From assembly GCA_003135555.1 (NCBI GenBank), contig PLCF01000062.1, forward strand, positions 32,001-96,000: 64,000 nt of DNA, in the 5' to 3' direction. The position numbers and the translations under genes are program-made. Source of the DNA: Vulcanimicrobiota bacterium (GTDB lineage: Bacteria > Vulcanimicrobiota > Vulcanimicrobiia > Vulcanimicrobiales > Vulcanimicrobiaceae). Below the pieces are notes generated by a model that was not told the origin of the DNA, searched no databases, and saw only the letters and a program-made list of their open reading frames with translations. Shown piece after piece: positions 47,943 through 58,120 of the stretch; positions within the stretch are counted from its first letter, which is position 1, and each line of letters opens with the position of its first letter.

Positions 47943-50254
47943 GGCACTGCGGCGGGATCACGCTCGACTGCGACGACGACGCGAGGCGGTTGCTGGTCGA
48001 CACGAAGGGGGCCAACGGCATCGAGGCGGTCGAGGTCCGCTACGACGCGAACCCCAAGCCGCTCGCGCCGACGACGGTCCTCGTTGTCACGTTCTTCGCG
48101 GGCGTGCCGGCGGGCATCGACGCAAAGCACGTCGCGATCACCGGCGGCGTCCGCGTCCCCGGCCCGACGCTGCACGTGACGGGCGTCGCGACGGTGACCG
48201 TTACGGGCGTCGACCACCTCGAGATCACGCTCGACCGGTTCGGCGATCACTCGACCTACGCGCTCGCGATCGACGCCGGCCTCCACCCCCTCGATCCCGC
48301 CTACGCGTGCAAGACGTTCCGCTTCACGGTCGACTGCCCCGACCCGTTCGACTGCAAACCGCCGGCGCCGTTCCCGCCGCCGCTCCCCGCCGATCCGCCG
48401 CTGGACTACCTCGCCAAAGACTACCTCAGCTTCCGCCGCGCGCTGCTCGACTTTCTCCCCACGCGCGTCCCCGGTTTCGACGAGACGAACGAAGCCGACC
48501 TCGGCGTGACGCTCGCGGAGCTGTTCGCGTATGCGGGCGATCTGCTTAGCTATTTCCAGGACGCGGTCAACAACGAGAAGTACCTGCGCACCGCGCGCCG
48601 GCGCGTCTCGGTGAAGCGTCACGCGCGGCTGGTCGACTACGGCATGCACGAGGGCGCCGCCGCGACGACGCTGCTCCAGTTCTCGGTCGCGGCGACGGTC
48701 GCCTCGCCGGCGACGCTTCCGGCCGCGTTCGCCGTGACGACCGACGAGACCGATCCCGCTCGCCGCACGACGTTCGAGACGCTCGCCGACGCGAAACTCT
48801 TCTTCGAGCAGAACCCCGCCGCCGCGATGGCGCCCTACACGTGGGGCAACGCGACGTGCTGCATCGAGCAAGGCGCGACGAGCTTGGACGTCGAGGGCTC
48901 GCGGCCGAGCCTGGACGCCGGGACGATGCTGCTGATCGAAGAGGTGCTCACGCCGTATGACGAGGGCGGTAGCACCGTACTGGACTCGCCGCCGGACCCG
49001 ACGCATCGCTGCGTCGTGACGCTCGATGCGAAGCCCAGTACCTTCATCGACGGGCTCACCGGCGCGACCGTCACGCGGTTGACGTGGGGTTCCGCCGACG
49101 CGCTGCCGTTCGCGTTCTGCGCGGAGCGCACCGCGAAGGGCCCGGCGACCCTCGTCTCGGGAAATCTCGTGCCCGCGAGCCACGGGCGAAGCGTGCTCAA
49201 GGAGCCGTTCGTTCCCGGCGCGCCGCTGCTCGAAGCGCCGCTGACGTGGCTCGCCGGCGCCTCGGGCGATCCGCGCGGCGCGACGAGCTCGGTCGCGCTC
49301 GAGATCGTCACCGAAGCGTGGCACGAAGTCTCCTCGCTGCTCGACTCCGGACCGGACGATCCGGACTTCGTCGTCGACGTCGACGGCGACGGCCGCGGAA
49401 CGCTGCGCTTCGGGACCGGCGACGGTTTGGGCCGGCCGCTGCCGGTGCCGGTGCCGGTCGGCAAGTCGACGCTGAGCTATCGGATCGGGAACGGCGCCGC
49501 CGGCAACGTCGGCCGCGAAACGCTCGTGCAGCTCGCGCCGTCCGCCGCGGCTCTCGGCGTCACGGCGGTGCGCAATCCATTCCCCGCCACCGGCGGCACC
49601 GACCCGGAGCCCATCGCCGACGTGCAACGCGATGCGCCGCAGGCGTTTCGCGCGGTCCAGTATCGCGCCGTCACGGCCGACGATTACGCCGCCGCCGCGA
49701 AGCTCGTGCCGGGGATCGCCGACGCCATCGCGACGTTTCGCTGGACGGGGAGCTGGCTGACCGTGTTCGTCCTCGTCGACCCGCAGGGCCGCACGACGCT
49801 CGACGCCACGCTGCACGACGCCGTCATCGCGCAGCTCGACGCCTACCGCCAGGCCGGTTACGATCTCGAGATCCGCCCGCCGAGCTACGTCGCGCTCGAC
49901 ATCGCCCTCACGGTGTGCGTCCAACCGAACTACCTGCGCGCCGACGTGCTCGCAGCGGTGCTCGACGCGCTCGCAAGCGGGCCGCGCCGCGACGGCGGGC
50001 TCGGCTTCTTCGCGCCCGGCACGTTCAGTTTCGGCGGCGGCGTCGCGCTCAGCCGGCTGTACGCGGCGGTGCAAGCGGTTCCCGGTGTGCTCGCGGTGCA
50101 CGCGACGCGCTTCCGCCGCTACGGCGAAGACGACCACGGCGCGCTCGCGGACGGGCTCATCGCGCTCGGGCCGTTCGAGATCGCGCGGCTCGACCGCGAT
50201 CCCGACGCGCCGGACAACGGCGTCCTGGCGATCGATTTGGACGGCGGCAGATGA
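47939..50254 (+). CDS. Baseplate J-like wedge protein 1
   Basis: NGIEAVEV, DYLAKDYLSFRR, ADLGVTLAE, RFGTG, YRIGNG, RAVTADDY, FRWTGSW. Confidence 0.92.
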   Translation: MRHCGGITLDCDDDARRLLVDTKGANGIEAVEVRYDANPKPLAPTTVLVVTFFAGVPAGIDAKHVAITGGVRVPGPTLHVTGVATVTVTGVDHLEITLDRFGDHSTYALAIDAGLHPLDPAYACKTFRFTVDCPDPFDCKPPAPFPPPLPADPPLDYLAKDYLSFRRALLDFLPTRVPGFDETNEADLGVTLAELFAYAGDLLSYFQDAVNNEKYLRTARRRVSVKRHARLVDYGMHEGAAATTLLQFSVAATVASPATLPAAFAVTTDETDPARRTTFETLADAKLFFEQNPAAAMAPYTWGNATCCIEQGATSLDVEGSRPSLDAGTMLLIEEVLTPYDEGGSTVLDSPPDPTHRCVVTLDAKPSTFIDGLTGATVTRLTWGSADALPFAFCAERTAKGPATLVSGNLVPASHGRSVLKEPFVPGAPLLEAPLTWLAGASGDPRGATSSVALEIVTEAWHEVSSLLDSGPDDPDFVVDVDGDGRGTLRFGTGDGLGRPLPVPVPVGKSTLSYRIGNGAAGNVGRETLVQLAPSAAALGVTAVRNPFPATGGTDPEPIADVQRDAPQAFRAVQYRAVTADDYAAAAKLVPGIADAIATFRWTGSWLTVFVLVDPQGRTTLDATLHDAVIAQLDAYRQAGYDLEIRPPSYVALDIALTVCVQPNYLRADVLAAVLDALASGPRRDGGLGFFAPGTFSFGGGVALSRLYAAVQAVPGVLAVHATRFRRYGEDDHGALADGLIALGPFEIARLDRDPDAPDNGVLAIDLDGGR

Positions 50255-52806
50255 GCGAGGACCGTTGCGCGCTGTTCGCGCCGCCCGCGTGCACGGCATG
50301 CGATCCCCGCGCGCCCGCGACGCCGCTCTCGCTGGTGAACCGGCCCGGCCTCTCGGCGCTGCGCTATCGTGTCGGAACGTTCGAGACGTTCCGGCAGGCG
50401 ATGCTCGACCGACTGGTCGTCGTCCCGGTCGACGGCGTCGATCCGTACGACCCGGCGCGCAAGACGACGATGCTAACGACGTTCGATTCCGGCGATTACG
50501 GGATCGCGATGCTCGAGCTTTGGGCCTACGTGTGCGCGGTGCTGACGTTCTATCAGCAGGCGTATGCGAACGAAGCGTTCCTGCGCACGTCGACGCTGCG
50601 CGAGTCGCTGGTCGAGCTCGCCGCGCTGCTCGGCTACGAGCCGCTTCCCGGTGTCGCCGCGACGGCGTTGCTCGCGTTCTTCGCGAATCCGGGCGCCGTC
50701 GCGACGCTGCCGGCCGGCTTGCAAGTCGAATCGATCCCCGCACCGGGGCTGCAGCCGCAGCTCTTCGAGCTCTCGTCGAAGCTCGCGATCGCCGCCGCCG
50801 CGAACCAGCCGGTCTTGTTCGGCCCGCCCAGTGCTGCATCGTTCGGCACGGGCGCGCTCATCATCGGCGCGGCGAACGCGGCCGGTGTGACGCCGGGTAC
50901 GAAGCTGGTGTTCTTCGATCCAGTGGCGGGGACGGTGCTGGGGACGGAGTCGGTGACGAGCGTGACCTCGACGACGCTCGGCAAGTTCGTGTCGTGGCGC
51001 GGTGAGCTCGGGACGACGCCCGTTTCGTCGATGAGCGTCTACCGCTACGGGCGCACCTTCCACTGGTACGGCGCCAACGCACCGCTGCACTACCTCTCGA
51101 TCGCGCCGTCCGGCTCGACCGTGACGTACGTCGACGTGTGGATGGACACCGACGGTGACGTCAGCGATGCGACGCTCAGCTTCATGGTCGACGGGCAGTC
51201 CAACCCGGCCACGATCTCGCTCGACGGCACGTACGACGGGCTGGTGCGCGGCGGAAAGCTGCTCGTGCACTGCGACGGGCAGTACCTGCGGCTGGCCACG
51301 ATCACCGACGTCCGAGCCGGTGCCTCCAAGCGCGGTCAGCTCTCGGGCGCGTGCACGAACGTGACGGTCGACTTCGATCTGCCCAAGGCGAACGACCTGC
51401 GCTTCATCACGATCTATGAATTGCTCGGCGACGCCGTCGCGTTCTCGCCGCACACGTTCGCAACGTGGTTCGGCGCAAACGATCCGTCCGGCGGCACGCG
51501 GATCTATGTCGACGACGCGTCGGCGATCGCACGGAACCAGCGTCTGGTCATCGTCTCGGGGTCGGGAAACGCGTTGCAGTCCGACGTCGTGACGGCGGTC
51601 GCCGCGCCGTCGGGCACCGGTCCGCCCTTCGCGGTCACGGTGACGCCGCCGCTGACGCACGCGCACTACGACGCCGCGTCGACGCGGTTGTTCGCGAACG
51701 TCGCCGCTGCAACCGCCGGAAAGACGCAGAAGGATCAGATACTCGGCGACGGCGACGCGTCGCAGGCGTTCCAGGAGTTCACGCTCGCGAAGAACCCCGT
51801 CACATACGTCCCCGACCCGTCGTCGCAGACCGGCGCTTCGAGCACGCTTGCGGTCTTCGTCGACGGCATCGCCTGGAATGAGGTGCCCTCGCTCTACGGA
51901 CGCGCGCCCGACGAGTCTGTGTACGAGACGTTCGTCGATCCCGACGGAAAGCGCCACGTGCGCACCGGCGACGGGCGCCACGGCCGCCGTGTGACGACGG
52001 GCTCGGGCAACGTGCGCGCGCACCTGCGCGCCGGGCTGGGCAGCGGCGGGAACGTCGACGCGGAGACGATCGCGACGCTGGTGCAGACCGTGCCGGGGCT
52101 GCGCGCGGTCGAGAACCCCGTCCCGGCGTTCGGCGGAGCCGATCAGCAGTCGTTCGCCGCGATCCGGCACGAAGCGCCGAGCAGCGTGCTCACGCTGGGC
52201 CGCATCGTCTCGCTGCGCGACTACGAAACGTTCGCGCTCGCGTACGCCGGGATCACGAAGGCGCACGCCGCCTGGGCCGAGATCGCCGAGGCGCGGGGCG
52301 TCGCGCTGACCGTCGCGACGGCCGGCGAAGCACCGCTGGGCCCGCTGGCGCAGCCGCTGCGCGACTTCTTCGACGGTCATCGCGATCCCAACGTCGCGCT
52401 CGCGATCTCGACCGCGACGCCGCTGCGGTTCGAGCTCGCGGTCACCGTGCACGTGCGCGACGGCGTGCTGCGCAGCGGCGTCGCGGAGGGGGTCGCGGCG
52501 GCGGTCGGGCCGAGCGCAGCCGGTACCGGGATGCTCGACGACGCGAACGTCCCGCTCGGCGAGACGTTGTTCCTGAGCGAGATCCTGGCCGCGCTGCAAG
52601 GCGTCGCGGGCGTCGACTGGGTCGCCGTCGACACGTTCGCGCCGCGGGACGCGAGCCGCGGCTACGGCGGCGTCGCGCCGCCGGACGTCGTCGACGCGAT
52701 CCTCGTCGCGCCGAACGAGGTCGCCTCGCCGGTGCGTCCCGACGACACCCCCGGCGTCACGATCAGGTGGGATGGCGGCGTCGACGATATAGGCGGTGTG
52801 CCGTGA
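50251..52806 (+). CDS. Baseplate J-like wedge protein 2
   Basis: NRPGLSALRYRVGT, VLTFYQ..ANEAFLRT, LGDGDASQAFQ, RIVSLRDYETFA. Confidence 0.92.
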   Translation: MSEDRCALFAPPACTACDPRAPATPLSLVNRPGLSALRYRVGTFETFRQAMLDRLVVVPVDGVDPYDPARKTTMLTTFDSGDYGIAMLELWAYVCAVLTFYQQAYANEAFLRTSTLRESLVELAALLGYEPLPGVAATALLAFFANPGAVATLPAGLQVESIPAPGLQPQLFELSSKLAIAAAANQPVLFGPPSAASFGTGALIIGAANAAGVTPGTKLVFFDPVAGTVLGTESVTSVTSTTLGKFVSWRGELGTTPVSSMSVYRYGRTFHWYGANAPLHYLSIAPSGSTVTYVDVWMDTDGDVSDATLSFMVDGQSNPATISLDGTYDGLVRGGKLLVHCDGQYLRLATITDVRAGASKRGQLSGACTNVTVDFDLPKANDLRFITIYELLGDAVAFSPHTFATWFGANDPSGGTRIYVDDASAIARNQRLVIVSGSGNALQSDVVTAVAAPSGTGPPFAVTVTPPLTHAHYDAASTRLFANVAAATAGKTQKDQILGDGDASQAFQEFTLAKNPVTYVPDPSSQTGASSTLAVFVDGIAWNEVPSLYGRAPDESVYETFVDPDGKRHVRTGDGRHGRRVTTGSGNVRAHLRAGLGSGGNVDAETIATLVQTVPGLRAVENPVPAFGGADQQSFAAIRHEAPSSVLTLGRIVSLRDYETFALAYAGITKAHAAWAEIAEARGVALTVATAGEAPLGPLAQPLRDFFDGHRDPNVALAISTATPLRFELAVTVHVRDGVLRSGVAEGVAAAVGPSAAGTGMLDDANVPLGETLFLSEILAALQGVAGVDWVAVDTFAPRDASRGYGGVAPPDVVDAILVAPNEVASPVRPDDTPGVTIRWDGGVDDIGGVP

Positions 52807-54851
52807 GCGGTCTGGTCTCGCTGTACGATCTGCTGCCCGAGTACGTCCGCCGGCAAGACGTCGAGCGCGCCGTCGCCCCCGACGGTAGCGGACCGTTGCG
52901 CCTGCTGCTCGACGCCGCGCAGATGCAGGGCGACCTGGTGTACGCCGACATCCTGCGGCTGTACGACAACTTCTTCGTCGAGACGTGCGACCCGTGGGTG
53001 CTGCCCTACATCGCCGACATCATCGGCCTGGACCTCATCGACGATCTGCCGGCGGACAACCGGCGCGACCTCGCGCGCACGATCGCGTACCGGCGCCGCA
53101 AAGGGACCGTCTCGCAGCTCGAGACGATGGCGCGCGACGTCACCTCGTACGACTGCAAGGTCGTCGAGTTCTTCACGCGCATGCAGTGGACGCAGAGCAT
53201 GATCCACCTGCGTCCCGACGCGCTCGCGACCGTCGACGTCCGCGATGCCGCCACCCTGGCGCGGATCGACACGGCGTTCGACCGCGCGCAGCACGTCGCC
53301 GACGTGCGCCCCGCGGCGCAGACGCAAGGCCTGTACGCGATCAAGAAGATCGGCTTCTATCTCTGGCGGCTGGAGGCGATCCCGCTGCGGGGCGTCGAGA
53401 TGGCGCCGGCGCCGCCGCCGGCGCCGGCCGGGGCGTACCACTTCGACGTGCTCGGGCAGCCGCTGCCGCTGTTCGCGGCGCCGCCTCCGCTCGAGCGGCC
53501 GACCGATGCGCCCTGGCCGCGCGTCGACGAGTTCGGCGTGCGCGGGCCGATCTCGCCGTGGCTCATCGCGGAGTCGCCGGCGGACTTTTGGCAGACGGCC
53601 GTCGTCCCGCCCGGCTCGGTAGCGCGCTCGCGCGGCTTCGACGTCTTCGACGCCGCCGGAAACCGCATCGTGCTCACGCCGCTGCCCGCCGATCTGTGCG
53701 ATTGGCGCCGCGCGCCCGCACCGCCGTTGCCGAAGGGCTCGGTGGCGGTCGACGTGCGCCTCGGACGCCTCCTGTTCGCGCCGGGCGAGGCGCCGAAAGG
53801 CGTGCTCATCTGCGACACGTTCTTCGGGCTCGCCGGCGAGATCGGCGGCGGCGCCTACGCGCAGGACCGCAGCTTGGCGCTGCTCCCAGCCGAGGTCCCC
53901 GACGTGCAGACCGTCACGCAGACCGGCGGCGCGCCGATCAGCGCGGCGCTGACCGCGCTGGCCGGGTCGGTCGCCCGCGTGCGCGTCGTGCAGATCGCCG
54001 ACAGCCGCACCTACGGCAACGAGACGCTGCCGCTGCCCGCGAAGTTCGAGACGCTGGTGATCCAGGCGGCGCCGGCACAGCGCCCGACGATCGTGCTGTC
54101 AGGGACCGGCGCGAAGCCCGTTTTCGGCGGCAATCCGGTACAGGGCTCGCTGCTGATCCTGCGCGGGCTGCAAGTCACCGGCCTAGGCGAGACGCTCTCG
54201 TTCCCGGACGGCATCGCGGAGATCCGGCTCGAGCACTGCACGGTCGACCCGGGCGGTGGGCCGTCGGCGGACGGCGTGACCGCGCGCGCCGCCGGCGTGC
54301 TGCTCGCGCTCGAACCGCGCGCGGTCGATGCGACGCTGAGCATCGATCATTCCATCATCGGGGAGCTGAAGCTCCCGGTCGAGATGCGCTGCATCTCGAT
54401 CCGCGACTCGATCGTCGACGGGCGGCCGTTCGGCGCGGCGCTGACGAACGGGCCGAAGGTCGTGGTCGAGCGCAGCACGGTGTTCGGCGGCGTCTCGTGT
54501 CTCGTCCTCGACGCGAGCGAGACGATCTTCGATGACGTCGTGACGGTCGTGCAACGGCAGGACGGCTGCGTTCGTTTCTGCTCGTTCACGCCGGCCTCCG
54601 CGACGCCGCGCCGGTACGAGTGCGCGCCGGACGCCGATCGCCCCGAGTTCACCTCCACGCTCTTCCGCGAGCCCGGATACGCACAGCTCGCGCTCTCGTC
54701 GCCGGCGACGATCCGCCAGGGCGGCGACGACCGCGGCGAGATCGGCGTGTGGTCTTCCCTCCAAGAACAGCAGCGCATCGCGCACTTGCGCCTGCGCTTG
54801 GCCGAGTATCTTCCCGCCGGTTTGATCCCGGTTTTCGTCTTCGCGACGTAG
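52803..54851 (+). CDS. CIS phage tail protein (tail protein I-like N-terminus)
   Basis: LYDLLPEYVRRQD, LYDNFFVETCDPWVLPYIAD, YRRRKGT, GCVRF, PGYAQL, EYLPAG. Confidence 0.88.
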   Translation: MSGLVSLYDLLPEYVRRQDVERAVAPDGSGPLRLLLDAAQMQGDLVYADILRLYDNFFVETCDPWVLPYIADIIGLDLIDDLPADNRRDLARTIAYRRRKGTVSQLETMARDVTSYDCKVVEFFTRMQWTQSMIHLRPDALATVDVRDAATLARIDTAFDRAQHVADVRPAAQTQGLYAIKKIGFYLWRLEAIPLRGVEMAPAPPPAPAGAYHFDVLGQPLPLFAAPPPLERPTDAPWPRVDEFGVRGPISPWLIAESPADFWQTAVVPPGSVARSRGFDVFDAAGNRIVLTPLPADLCDWRRAPAPPLPKGSVAVDVRLGRLLFAPGEAPKGVLICDTFFGLAGEIGGGAYAQDRSLALLPAEVPDVQTVTQTGGAPISAALTALAGSVARVRVVQIADSRTYGNETLPLPAKFETLVIQAAPAQRPTIVLSGTGAKPVFGGNPVQGSLLILRGLQVTGLGETLSFPDGIAEIRLEHCTVDPGGGPSADGVTARAAGVLLALEPRAVDATLSIDHSIIGELKLPVEMRCISIRDSIVDGRPFGAALTNGPKVVVERSTVFGGVSCLVLDASETIFDDVVTVVQRQDGCVRFCSFTPASATPRRYECAPDADRPEFTSTLFREPGYAQLALSSPATIRQGGDDRGEIGVWSSLQEQQRIAHLRLRLAEYLPAGLIPVFVFAT

Positions 54852-54868
54852 TCAGGAGCACGATCGCC

Positions 54869-57800
54869 ATGAAGGCTGATTTCAGCCGCCTCACGTTCGA
54901 CCGACGCCAGCATTACGCGGGGGTTCTGCAGCAGCAGGGCCGCGTCTGGACGGACGCCGACGTCAACGAGTGGGTCGAGATCGTCCTCGACCGTTTTCGC
55001 ACGCAGAGCCGCGACGCGTTCGGTGCCGCCTGGCGTCCCGACGCCGCGGCGGGCTTCAAGCTCGCCGTCAACGGCACCACGGTCACGATCGGCGCCGGGC
55101 GGCTGTACGTCGACGGCATGCTCGCCGAGCTCGACGCAGCGGCCGGCTACGACGCACAGATCGACTTCCCGTTCCCGGCGCAGACTATCTGGGCGAGAGG
55201 TATCACCGGCGGCGCGCCGCAGGGCGACTGGCCGGGGATAGCCGCCGCCGACGGCAGCACCGATCTGTTCTACGTCGAGGTGTGGCAGCGTCACCTGACC
55301 GCGCTCAACGACGAGGCCGAGCGCGACGACGTCGCGGGCGCGCCCGACTGGAACGCGATCCCGAGCGTCGGCGACTATATTCGCGAGCGCGCGTTGGGCG
55401 GCGTCGACACGTGCACCCGCCTGCGCACCGTCGCCCAAGTGAAACGTTGGCCGCTCCCCAACGGCGTCGCCGCCGACTGCGCCACCGCGTGCGCCGAGCT
55501 CAAGAAGACGCTGACGACTGACGGGACGCTGCTCGTCACCGTGCCGCCGATCCCGCCGGTCGTCGACCCGTGCCAGCAGCCGCTCGACGGCGGATACAAC
55601 GGCCGCGAGAACGCGCTGTACCGCGTGGAGATCCACACGCCTGGCAATGCCGGCACGGCAACGTTCAAGTGGTCGAACGAGAATGGCGCGATGACGGTGC
55701 GCGTGAACGCGGCGAAACCGTACGTCATCGTTCCCGCGGGGACCGCACTGACGCTGCGCTCGGTCGGACGCGATCAGCAGACGCAGCTGCAGTCGGGCAA
55801 CGTCGTCGAGCTGTGCGGTGAGGACACTGAGCTCGGCGTGTGGCGCAACGCGCTCGCGCAGATCGTCGACGGCCCGACCGCGCAACCCGACGGCACGTGG
55901 CAGGTGAAGCTGGACGCCGACGTCCTGGTGCCGCGCGCGCCGTTCTTGCGGCGCTGGAACGCCAAGGACGCGCCGATCCCAGCGCTCGGGACGCAGGCCG
56001 CGCTCGACGTCCCCGCCGAGATCGACGTGCAGTTCTTCGACACGGGCGGCGCGACGACGGGGACGCCGTTCTTCCGCGCGATGGACTACTGGACGTTCAG
56101 CGCACGCACGCTCACGCGCGAGATCGAGCCGCCCGACATCACGCAGGTTGCGCAACACGTGCGCGGGATCGACCGCGCCGTCACGTGCCTGGCGCTCGTC
56201 GCGTGGTCGAGCTCACCCGCTGAGCCCCCCACAGGCTTTCTTATCGACTGCCTCCCGCCGCCGCAGCAGCAGGATACGTGCGGCTGCTGCTGCACGGCGG
56301 TCGTGCGGCCACCGCCCAAAGACCAACAGGGGCGCGACGAGACCCCGGTGCTGCGCGCGGCGGTGGCATCGCTGCCTCGCGAAGGCGGGACGATCTGCAT
56401 CGACCCAGGCTTCTACGCGCTCCTATCGGGGCCGGTCATCATCGACCGGCCGGGCGTCACGATTCGCGGCTGCGGTGAACGCACGCGGATCTTCGCACCG
56501 CAGGGCGCGTTCGTCGCCGAGACGGTCGCCTCCCTGACACGCATCGAGGACCTCGCGATCCATATGTTCGACGTCCCGGCGATCGTGTCGGACGACGGCG
56601 TCCAAGGGATCGCGGTCGTCGGGACGAGCGTGACCGCCGAAGTAAGCACGCGATCGTACGCGTACTCGCTCTCCGGCCTAAACCTGCTCGTCGAGCGCAA
56701 TCACGTGGTCGACGCTTGCGGCGTCGAGATTCGCACCGGCAGCGCCGGCGTGACGATCGCCCGCAACGTGTTCGAACGCGGGATCGGGCGCGCGATCAGT
56801 CTCGGCTCGCCGGTTACCGGGCCGGCGAACGATCAGTTCGTGCGCACGGTGCGGATTCGCGACAACGAGATTCGCGACATGGCGGCGGAGGCGATCGCCA
56901 TGCCGTTCTGGGTGGAAAACGAACCGGTCACGCTGATCGTCGCCGACGACCTTCGGATCGACGGAAACCTGATCGAGCGCTGCCTCGCCGACCGGCTCGA
57001 GGGCGTCGGGTTCGTGTCGCACGGGCTGACCGTGGACGGCAACGGGCATCCCACGATCACGACACGCGTCTTCGAAGCGGCGTCGATGTCCGCGGGGACG
57101 GCGAGTGGCGGAACCACGTCCGCGGGGGGGTCCGCCCCGCCGCCGTCGCTGGTAACGAACGTCGCTCCGGTTTTTCTCCCGATCGCGCAGCGCGTCGAGA
57201 TCGAGGACAACCGGATCTTCTGCGACGCCGCCGGCCTCGCGACGTCGGGGATCGCGTTCTTCCTTGGCCTCGGCGTCGCGATCTGCGACAACCACGTGAC
57301 GCAGCTCGGGCAGAACGTCGTCCCCGCCGCCGCCCTTCCCGTGCCGCGTGCAGGTATCTCGATGGTCGCGCTCCATCCGTCGATCCCGGTACCAGGCGCG
57401 TTCGGCGCCGACCCGAACGGAGTTACGGACCCGCTGCTCGCGGCGGGTGCGGCGGCGTTGCGCGTCGCTGGGAACATCGTGCAGATCGAGGGCGCGCCCG
57501 CGATCGCGCTCCTCGGGATCGGCACCGTCTCGATCACCGACAACGACCTCGCGCGGCGGGGGCCGCCCTTCCCGGGCGAGCTTGCGCTCGCCGCCGGTCA
57601 GGTGAACATCGACGCTCCGGTGGTGGAATGCATCGTTGCCGGTTCGTCCGCGTCGCAAGGCGGGCTCGCCGCCTTCAGCTCGCAGCACCTCACCGCGCCG
57701 ACGCAAGGATTCGATGAGTCGACGCAGCTCGTCGCGGGCGAGCTGGTGTTCGACGGAAACCGCTGTCTGCTCGACCTCGCGCAAGCGCAAACCGAGGAAC

Positions 57801-58117
57801 GTGCCGCGATCGTCGCGCTGGTGCTCGGCGACGCGTCGGTGCAGCACAACGTCTCGCGCGTCGTCATTCTGGGAAGCATGCTGACGAACGGTCTCCTCTA
57901 CGCGACGACACTGCGCTGCTCGGGGAACCGCTTCGACGAAAACTCGGCGCTGTTCTCCTGCTGGGGCGCGAGCACCGCCACCGTCGCCGTCGGAAACTCG
58001 GGATCGCATTGCTTCTCGTTCACGCCGTGGTCGACGGAGTACCAGATCGCGAATCTGGTCGACCCCGCCGGGCGCAGCTTCTGCGACAGCGTTAGCGTCG
58101 CCCGGGGAATGAGGTAG
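54869..58117 (+). CDS. DUF6519 domain protein with a C-terminal right-handed beta-helix (fibre-like)
   Basis: MKADFSRLTF, QQGRVWTDADVNE, GRLYVDG, ENALYRVEIH, FKWSNENG, DYWTFSART; repeated IxxNxI beta-helix motifs. Confidence 0.88.
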   Translation: MKADFSRLTFDRRQHYAGVLQQQGRVWTDADVNEWVEIVLDRFRTQSRDAFGAAWRPDAAAGFKLAVNGTTVTIGAGRLYVDGMLAELDAAAGYDAQIDFPFPAQTIWARGITGGAPQGDWPGIAAADGSTDLFYVEVWQRHLTALNDEAERDDVAGAPDWNAIPSVGDYIRERALGGVDTCTRLRTVAQVKRWPLPNGVAADCATACAELKKTLTTDGTLLVTVPPIPPVVDPCQQPLDGGYNGRENALYRVEIHTPGNAGTATFKWSNENGAMTVRVNAAKPYVIVPAGTALTLRSVGRDQQTQLQSGNVVELCGEDTELGVWRNALAQIVDGPTAQPDGTWQVKLDADVLVPRAPFLRRWNAKDAPIPALGTQAALDVPAEIDVQFFDTGGATTGTPFFRAMDYWTFSARTLTREIEPPDITQVAQHVRGIDRAVTCLALVAWSSSPAEPPTGFLIDCLPPPQQQDTCGCCCTAVVRPPPKDQQGRDETPVLRAAVASLPREGGTICIDPGFYALLSGPVIIDRPGVTIRGCGERTRIFAPQGAFVAETVASLTRIEDLAIHMFDVPAIVSDDGVQGIAVVGTSVTAEVSTRSYAYSLSGLNLLVERNHVVDACGVEIRTGSAGVTIARNVFERGIGRAISLGSPVTGPANDQFVRTVRIRDNEIRDMAAEAIAMPFWVENEPVTLIVADDLRIDGNLIERCLADRLEGVGFVSHGLTVDGNGHPTITTRVFEAASMSAGTASGGTTSAGGSAPPPSLVTNVAPVFLPIAQRVEIEDNRIFCDAAGLATSGIAFFLGLGVAICDNHVTQLGQNVVPAAALPVPRAGISMVALHPSIPVPGAFGADPNGVTDPLLAAGAAALRVAGNIVQIEGAPAIALLGIGTVSITDNDLARRGPPFPGELALAAGQVNIDAPVVECIVAGSSASQGGLAAFSSQHLTAPTQGFDESTQLVAGELVFDGNRCLLDLAQAQTEERAAIVALVLGDASVQHNVSRVVILGSMLTNGLLYATTLRCSGNRFDENSALFSCWGASTATVAVGNSGSHCFSFTPWSTEYQIANLVDPAGRSFCDSVSVARGMR

Positions 58118-58120
58118 GTC

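Noticed and set aside
36677..56158. Long minus-strand ORFs (e.g. 36677-39172, 47552-50839, 50473-52599, 54347-56158)
   Set aside because: Arg/Ala-rich antisense shadows of real high-GC genes.
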